From IMG/VR virus record IMGVR_UViG_3300042317_000943, positions 1 through 30,389 of that record: 30,389 bases of DNA. One strand, given 5' to 3'. The stretch comes from a virus. Lineage: Duplodnaviria > Caudoviricetes. Below the pieces are notes generated by a model that was not told the DNA's origin, ran no database searches, and saw only the letters and a program-made list of their open reading frames with translations. The position numbers and the translations under genes were made by a program. Shown here piece after piece: positions 16,076-25,000 of the stretch; positions within the stretch are counted from its first letter, which is position 1; the number at the start of each line of letters is the position of its first letter.

Positions 16076-19000
16076 ATGGCCACCACGCTTACACCCACCA
16101 TCACCGCGCCCAACCCGCTGGCTGCGCCCACTGCCCCACAAATCCCGCAATCCGCCGCGCCGCCCGCCGGCATGCTGCAGCCCTTCGAGGATCCGCGCGA
16201 GGCCGACCGCCGCCAGCACAACGAGGCAATGGCCAAGTGGTTCAGTGAAAACCGCCGCGTGGTCGATGAAGGGTTTTTGGATCCGGCCAAGGCATTTGCC
16301 GACATACCGCAAGGCTTTGCCGATAGCATCGACCAGGTGCGCATGCTGGCCGCCAATGACGATCTGCTGCGCCTCTACAACCAAGGCGAGGATCCGCCGG
16401 CCGATGAGCTGGGCCGCTACCTGCTGCGGCTGCGGGTGGCCGAGGAGGAATTCAAGGGGCAGGGCGCGGAGAGCGAAGAGGCATTTTTTCAAAAGGGCAA
16501 AGAAAAGGCACTTAGGCGAGTGGATACAGCTACGGTGATAGCGGGGGTGGTGCAACAAGCGCGCCAATCTGCAATCCTTGATCTGCTCAATCCAGGAGAA
16601 TTCCGAAATGGATGGGTTGCGGCACGCAACTCGGCAATGAGTTTGCCGGGATACGATCCGGCGGAGGACGGGGAATTGTTCCATGCATATTCCGAAACCA
16701 TGCGGGATGAGCGGGAAAAGATGAAACCCTATGTGCCGCAACTGCTGGAAATGATCCAATCGTTCAAGGATCAGGAAGGATCCGGGCCAATTACCGCCAC
16801 GTTAAAAGAAGGCACCGCGATGGGGGTGTTGGGCGCAATGTTTGGCGAAAAACCACAAACCAGCAGGACCGCGTGGGAAATCTGGCAATCGATGGCGCCC
16901 GAGCAACGGCCTGAATTCGAGCAAGCCATCGGCATTCTGGCTCGTGCACTTCCCGAAGATCAGCAGCAAACGTTTTGGGGCAACGTGATGACCAGTGGCG
17001 GGCGCTACTTGGAAAAAGGACTCAGGGACGCATTCAACACGGCGCGCCAAATCAGCGCGCCAGCGGAATTTGACCGGCTGGCCAGTGAAATCGGACGGCC
17101 CGGTGTGGGATTTCCAGAAGAAGCTGATTCCGCGCGCGAGTTGCGCGACAGGCTGAATTTCCAATCCCGCATGGTCATGTTGCGCGAGCAGGTGGTTGAT
17201 CCTGTCAAAGAGGTTTCGGAAGGGCCGGTGAGTCGGTTTTTTGAGCGCATGGCCTACGGGACCCCAGGCGCGATCATGTCGTCTGCTGCGGCCATGTATG
17301 CCGCACCACTGCTGGCGGCATCGCTCACCGAATCCCATTACCAATCCATGCTGCAACGCAGGATGGATGCCGGTGACAGCTATGAGAAAGCCGATAAATT
17401 CGCGGCGCAAGCCGCGCCGGCAGGAATGGCACTCGAATTCATATCGGAAAAACTTGGGGCCAAGCTGCTGGGCGGAGAGCTGCCGTATTTCAACAAGGCG
17501 CTGACCCGGATCATGGACCGCATCGAAAACCCGATTGGGCGGATGGGTGCACGCTTTGCGGCTGGCGGCACACAGGAAGGGCTCACTGAAGTATCCGCCA
17601 ATTACATCGACGCGGTGGTGCAAGACTTGGGGTATGCCTTGGGCGCCGATGTGGGACCAACCAAGTGGCTGGGAGAAAACGGTGAATTCCAAGGCGATTG
17701 GGCGGAGAATCTGGATACGTTCGCACTCGGTTTCCCGCTGGCGTTCTTTGGTATCCGCGGGTCATTTGGGCGGGATGCGCGCGTCAAGGCTTTTGCAGAG
17801 GCCAGCGATTTGGAAATGAAGGCCGTAGGGTATCAACCTGGTGACATTTCCAACATTCGCGCAGGTATTGCCAGGGGATTGAATTCCGGGGAGACCGCAA
17901 TCAATGCTGCATACGAAAACGTCAACCCCAACAGCCCCGAGGCCAAGGCCGCGGCGGAGGAGCTGGCCGCCAGGGAGCGCGCCCGCCGTGAGGCTGCCGG
18001 GGCCCTGCGCGCATCCGGCGATCTGCCCATCATCGTGGCGGGACGCGAAGGATACACTGTGCTGGACGGCCGCACTGAGGAAACCGTGGGCACTGCCCCG
18101 AGCATGGGCGCCGCGTGGACCATGGCCCAAGCGCATTCTGATTTCCTTGCCGATCTGGATGCCGATGCCGTGGCCTACATGAAATCCTTGCTCGAAAGCG
18201 CGGATTTCGTGCAGAAGCTCGATCCGAATCAGGAAACGCGCCTTGAACTGGGCACCGTGATGGACCGCGCGCTTCTTGAGGCCGAGCGCCCGGAAATGGC
18301 CGCCCGCTTCGCCAAGCAAGTCGAACTGAAAGAACAGGCGGCCGGCGGCACCGGGGAAATTTCCTACACCGTCAACGGCTGGAGCGAGTCCCAGATACGC
18401 GACAACCTGCGGCAGACCGTGAACCGAATTTTCCAAGGCGGCAGCGTGCTGACCGTCTTTCACGAATTCACCCACGGCCGGCGCCGGGCCCTGCGGGAAG
18501 CCGGCCAACTGAGCCGCGAGGAGGAGGTTTCATTCGTCCGCGCGATTGACGCTGTGCTGGCCGGCAAGCGCACCCGCGAGGGCGAGCGCCTTTCCTTCCT
18601 GCCCGAGGGCATCACCGACGAGCAGATCACCGAAGAAATGATCGACGAGGCGATTTCCGAGGTAATGGAAATGGAAATCCTGCGCAGCCGCTCTGGCGGC
18701 ACCAAGCGCCGGATGCCGCAGCGTCCCGGTGCCGGCAATGTCCCCAGCGGCTTTGTCACCCGCAACCTCACCGCACTGGCCCGCCTGGCACCGGAGGCCA
18801 CCCGCAAGTTTTCCGCCTTCATCGAAAGCGTGCGCGCCCACTTTGGCCAAGCGCTGGCCCGCGCCCTCGCAATCAAAAAAGCCGAGCGCGAGGGGAAATT
18901 CGATGCTGACAGCTACGACGCCTTCCTCGCCAAGCTGCTGGGGCTCGACGTGCAAGACGATTTCAACCGGCAAACCGCCCAGGAGGCCGCCCGCATTGCC

Positions 19001-22000
19001 GATCCGCTCTCGCCCGAGGCATTTGCCGCGGCCTTGAATTCCGATTACGACGTGGACGCGGATGATATTCCGTTTTCCATTGCGCGCAGCGGCATGCGCT
19101 ACCCGGAATTCCGCTTGTCACAATTCGGCCCCGTGCCAAGTTTGACCAGCAACACCGGGGTGCTGTATCCAGACGGCCATGAAATCGACCTCAGCCAAAA
19201 CCAAGCGCCCGCTCAAATACCCGATGGTGGAGGAGAATTTTGGAATCAACTTTCCAAAGACGGAAGACACGCCGCCGTATTGGGTGCATGGGAAGCCTAC
19301 GAAGGCCGGGGACTGGCCGAAGACTGGATCCGCCCCGCCCTCATCGAGCCCGGCGCCAACCCCACCGACCCCAGCGTAACGGGCTTTTGGAACTGGCTGC
19401 GCGACACGCTCAACAGCGACTTTTTCCGCGGCATCGATCCGGTCGATACCATGGACCTGCTGGTGGATATTTTCCAGCTGGAATGGTATGCCAGCGAGCG
19501 CGACAGCGGCTTTGACCAGCACCATTACATGCAAATCGCGCCGGACGGCACCGTGCTGGCCCTGCGCAACGACACCGGCCAGGCACGCTTTGCGCGCCTG
19601 CCAGACCCGAGCGCCCAGCCCGAGCTGGCGTTTTCGCTGGGACGCAGCACACCGCAAACCTTTGCCAACCGACTCCTTGACAAGATTGGCGAGCAAGCAT
19701 TACGTGCTGAGCAACCAAAGGCGAAATATGAAGACAAGCGCCAACTCCTGCTCGACTTTGCGGAAAGCATCCTCAATCCGGCTGCCGAAAAGTCTGCTCA
19801 AACAGGGAACGTATCCAGACGAACCTTCGGCCCCTTACAGGTTATCCGCGAAAGGTTCGCGCAAAAGCTCCAACTCGATCCACAAATCCGATTCATTGGC
19901 GAAACGCTGACGGATCTCACGGATTTTGTGGAGCGTGCGCAGGCATTGCGCAACCCGTTATTCGAGACGTTTTATGTGATTGCCATCAAGCGCGGAGAAA
20001 CCAGCGACAAGGTGCTGGACGTGCGCGCCTACACTTCACGCTGTCCCTGCGCGGCGGCCGTCACCGATCATGCCAAGGGCGTATTGGCAGGAATCACGGA
20101 ACAAGCTGGCTTTTTGAAAAGCGTGGGCGCAGATGAATTGTATCTGCTGCACAATCACCCGAGCGGTGATTCCACACCTTCGTCTGCCGATTTGGCGCTG
20201 ACACGGAAATACCACGCAATGATGCAAGCTGAGGGCATCAAGCTCCGTGGGCACGTGGTCATCAATCATCGGGAATTCCACAACATCACAGTGGAGGATA
20301 CCGGCGGCGGGGTCTTGGATGCCGTGGCAATGCCTGGCGAATTGGCAGATACAGGCCGGATTGATCCATACGCATGGCCCTTGTTTGATAGTTCAATCGG
20401 CAAGCAGATTGACGATCCTTCGTTGGTGGCGGCACTCGGCCGGGAAGTTGGCGCGGCTTACACCGACCCGGAAACCTTAATCGGCTTCATCACAGACAAT
20501 CGCCACAAGGTGGTGGCAGTGCTGGCTGGATCAATCGATGATTTCATGGGGCTGACCAATGCCGGATTGCAAAACTATGCCAGAGAACAAGGCGGAGTGA
20601 GTCTGATGCTACATGGCAAAGAAGACAGCCAAAGCAATGCGAGACGCCTGCTGCGTCGCTTTGCAACCGCCAATCAAACCAATCGCGTTTTTGAAATGGT
20701 GGTGGAATATCCTGGTGGTTATGTGTCGGGATTGAGCGATGAAGGATACAAAATGCAAAGGATGGTCGATAATGATCGATTCTTTGGCGGAGAGGGAAAC
20801 CCGGCCATGCGGGTGCAGGAAAATTCTATTTCCCTTGGGCGTGCCACCGTCACCCCCACGGCCAGCACCCGCGCGTTCCAAGGGGCTGCGGGCTCGCCCA
20901 GCGCGATCGGCCCGGCGGCTTTCTCCATCGGGGCCTGGCACGGCACGCCGCACAAGATCACCAGCCGCATGAGCCTTGACAAAATCGGCACCGGCGAGGG
21001 CGCGCAAGCCTATGGCTGGGGGCTGTATTTTGCCAACGCTCTCGATGTGGCCAAGAACTACATGGAAAACACGGAATCACGGGCCAAGGTGCAATACAGT
21101 CCGGTGCTTCGTTATGAAGGGCAACGGGTGGATGCACTTGACTGGCCAGCCGTTAAAAAGCGGGCGGCATCGGCCATTGATAGCATGGGGAAAGCACGTG
21201 CCATCGTTACGGCCACGGATCGGAATGCCAATGAATTGCTGGCAGCTATCGAATCTATTGACGAAACAAAACTTTCCTCCGGACTTGAACGATTTGGGGC
21301 GCCAACCGGCAACCTCTACCGCGTGGAACTCGACGTGGAGCAAGACGATCTGCTGGATTGGGACAAGCCGCTGAGCGAGCAGAGTGAGAAGGTGCGCAAG
21401 ATTTTCGACGCATTGGACAATACGCCGCCAGAAGGTTTCCGATTGTCTGAATGGTTGGGACTGACAATGAAAGGCTGGTATGAAGGACCAGGGCGGCACA
21501 ATCCGGCGGTAACGATGTATGCGGAATTGACCAAGCATTTCGGCCGTGCCGATGGGCAAGGTTTTGGCGGTGAAGCATCACGCAAGGCAAGCGAACTACT
21601 CGCCGCCGCCGGCATCCGCGGCATCCGCTACCTCGATGGCAACAGCAGGCGAACTTTCAAGGTTAAGCAATCAGCAAACAAATCACAATGGACGGTGATG
21701 GAAGAAATCACCGACCGCCGCTCTCCAGATTATGGTGACACGGTTCTGGCACAAGGTGGATTTGCCTCTCGGGAAGAAGCTCAACAATGGGCAGACAGGC
21801 AAGTCTCTTACAACTACGTCATCTTCGACGAATCCGCCATCAAGATCACCGAAGAGAACGGGGTGCCGGTGGACCTGTCCGAGGCAGGCGGCAGCTTTTC
21901 GCTGGGCCGCCCGTGGCCGGCGAATTTCCCCAACGTGGTGATTTCCACCACTGTGGGAAAAATGAAATCCCACCCCAACTACACGGCCGCCAAGGCGGGC

Positions 22001-25000
22001 AGCGTGCGGGATGCCTTCCGGGTGGTCAATGATCTGATCAAGGTGGACCGGCTGCGCGAGCTGGGCCGACAGCACCCGGGGGCCATTGTGGCTGGATTGC
22101 ACGCCGAGGAGGCCACCGGCATGAATAGGCTGCCGGAAGCCTTGGCCGAGGCCATCGCCCACCATGGCAACTTGGAGCTCGATGATGAGCTGGTGATTAT
22201 CAACACCCCGAAGCGCACTGGATCCACCGCCATCCACCGGCTGGCCTCGCGCCCGGAGTTTGCCGGGCAAATCCAAGCTGGCCGCCAATACATCCTGGCC
22301 GATGACGTGGCCACCCAAGGCGGCACCTTGTCCGAGGCCCGGGCCTACATCGAGGAAAACGGCGGCGAGGTGGTGGCGGTAGTGACCATGGGCGCTGCCC
22401 AGGGCGGCACTTTGCTGGCCATGTCTGAAAAAACACGGCTTGCACTGGAGCAGAAATTCGGCAACGATGCACTCAATGAATTCGCCAGCGACACCGGGCT
22501 CTACGGCGGCCAATGGCAAGCCTTCACCAACAGTGAAGGACAAGCCATCCTCCGATATTCCAAGCTCGAAACTGCGGCGGATGCAATTCTTGCAGCAAGA
22601 CAAGCAGCAGGCCCAGCGGGAGCTGCGCAGCCTGCGGGCCAACCAGAACTGATCCAAGGCCGCTTCCAGGGCTTTTCGCTTGGCAGGCCCGGGGCGGCCG
22701 GGCAACTTGGCGGCATCGATCCCAACCAGCCCGGCGGGGCCAATATCGGTGACGCGGCCCTGCCGTCCAATGTCGTCACTCCTGAAATGGATGCGGCGTA
22801 TCTCGATGCGGTGGAACGTGGGGATTTGAAGCAAGCATCCGCCATGGTTAAATCTGTTGCCACTGAGTTAGGTTTTGTTGTTGGCCCTGTGTTTCATGGA
22901 AGCCCCAACTTTGAAGGAGGCGCTTTGGGCATCCCTTCAAAATACAAAGGAATGGGTAACTATGTTCATAAATATTGGTTTACTGACAATTTTGACCTTG
23001 CCCTCTACTACGCCGATCAAAACGACATTGACGACGTGACAACCGATTTGAACACATCCGCAGGAAAACCCGCAGTTGTCGAATTTTATCTGAAGTCTCC
23101 AACCAAAACACTTGATCGGCGCGATTACGAAGAGGAAGGCATGGAAGAACAAAGCCCCGTCCAAGATGCAAACTTGCAAATTGGAAGAAAGCAAGGATGG
23201 GAAATTGTCAAAATTGAAAACATTAACGACAAGATTGACTCAGAGACGGTTGGCAATTCTACAATCTACGGTCTTGCAGACACATCTTTTGTCGTTCCGG
23301 CACAGCCTATTCTCCGAGATTCTGCCGGCAACATCATCCCGCTTTCCCAACGTTTTAACCAGTCCTCCCCGGCGGATTCCGGGGCGGCATCTTTGGCCCC
23401 CTCCCGCGGGCTCGACCTGATGCGCATGAATGCGCTGGACCGGGTGCGCAACCCGCGGCGCCGGGCGGAGATATTCCAGCGCATTTCCCGCGAGTTTGAG
23501 CGGCTCAAGCTGGATGCCGAGCGCTTCGAGCTGGTGGCCGGCAGCAAGCGCATGCGCAAGAGCCTGCTCAAGGAGGCGGCCATGCGCGAGGCGGTGCGGC
23601 GCGAGGAGCTGGAAAACGACGTGTATGCGCGGCACTGGGAGCTATTGAGCAACGAGGATTTGGTGCGCATCAAGAGCCAGCCGGTGCACGCCGCGCTGGC
23701 CGATCCTGACAGCCCGCTGCGCGGCCGCCTGATGAGCCGCAGCGCGGCCATGAAGCACCGCGCGGAGTTGTTTGGCGAGGACTACAAGGGCGGCGAGTGG
23801 GACGGCAGCGACGGGCTTTCCCGCTCGATCTTTGGCGGCACTCTCACGCCCGACCAGGCGGCCCAAGAGCTCTACGACGAGGGGCTCATCAACAGCCCCG
23901 ATGTGGACACCCTCTGGCAGGCGCTTCACAGCGAGCAGGCGCAAGTGGCCGGCATGAAAGAGCAACTGGCCCAAGTGCAGCAGCAGCTGCGCGCCGCGCG
24001 CACCACCGCCAAGCAGGAGGCCAACGACTGGCTGCGCCAGGCTGGCGAGGGGCAGGCGGCCAACTACTCGCCCAAGCAGGAAATCCTGCGCGCCCTGGCA
24101 TCGATGCAGGCGATCCTGCGCGCGCTGCCGCCGCCGGTGCGGGCCAAAATCGGCGGGATCATGGACATCGCCCGGGCTGGCAGTGAAGAGGCGCGGCTGG
24201 CAATTCTCAAAGACACCATCGCCAAAAGCGACCGCGAGCTGGAAAAATGGATGCGCGAGACGCTCGACCGCGAATTCCGCGAACTGCTCGAGCGCACGCG
24301 CCCCGAGCGCGATGAGGCGGGCAAGCGGCCCAAGGGCAAGATCGGCGCCAACGTGCATGACTTGTTTCGGTCCATCGAGGATGCCATGTTCCTGGACGCC
24401 GCGGAAACCGAGGCCGAGGCCACCCGCCTGGAAAGCCTGGCCGAGGCCGAGGCCACCACCGCAGAGCAGGCCGCCCACCTGACCTTGGAGGCCAATCTGG
24501 TGCGCTTGGTGGGCGACTGGCGCAAGGCGGATGCCGCCCGGCGGGAAATGGCCTTGGCGGAGGCGACCAGCGCCTATGCCGGTGGCTACCTGCAGGCCCA
24601 AATCAAAGCCGCCCAAAAGCGCGAGCGCATCACCCGCCGCCGCGCGGATCTCAAACACGACACCGGCCGGGCCGGGGAGCGCATGGAGCGGGTGAATGCG
24701 GAGATCAAGGCCCGCGGCACCAAGCTGGGCCGCACCCGCGAGGCACTGCTCTCTATCTTCAGCTTCGATCAGATGCTCGGGCTGGTGTTTGGCGAAGGCA
24801 GCGCCACCGCCCGCTCGTTTGCCGAGTGGGAACTGCGCGCCGCCAATGCCAAGGAGAATGCCATCCAGCGCACGCACAATGCCGTGGAGGCGCTGCTCAA
24901 CGATCTGGCCGGCAATCCGCTGGCCGGCGAAAAACTCCGCTACAAGCTGGCCACCGAGCGCCGGGTGGAGTGGATTGACTGGCAAGGCCGCAAGCAGACT

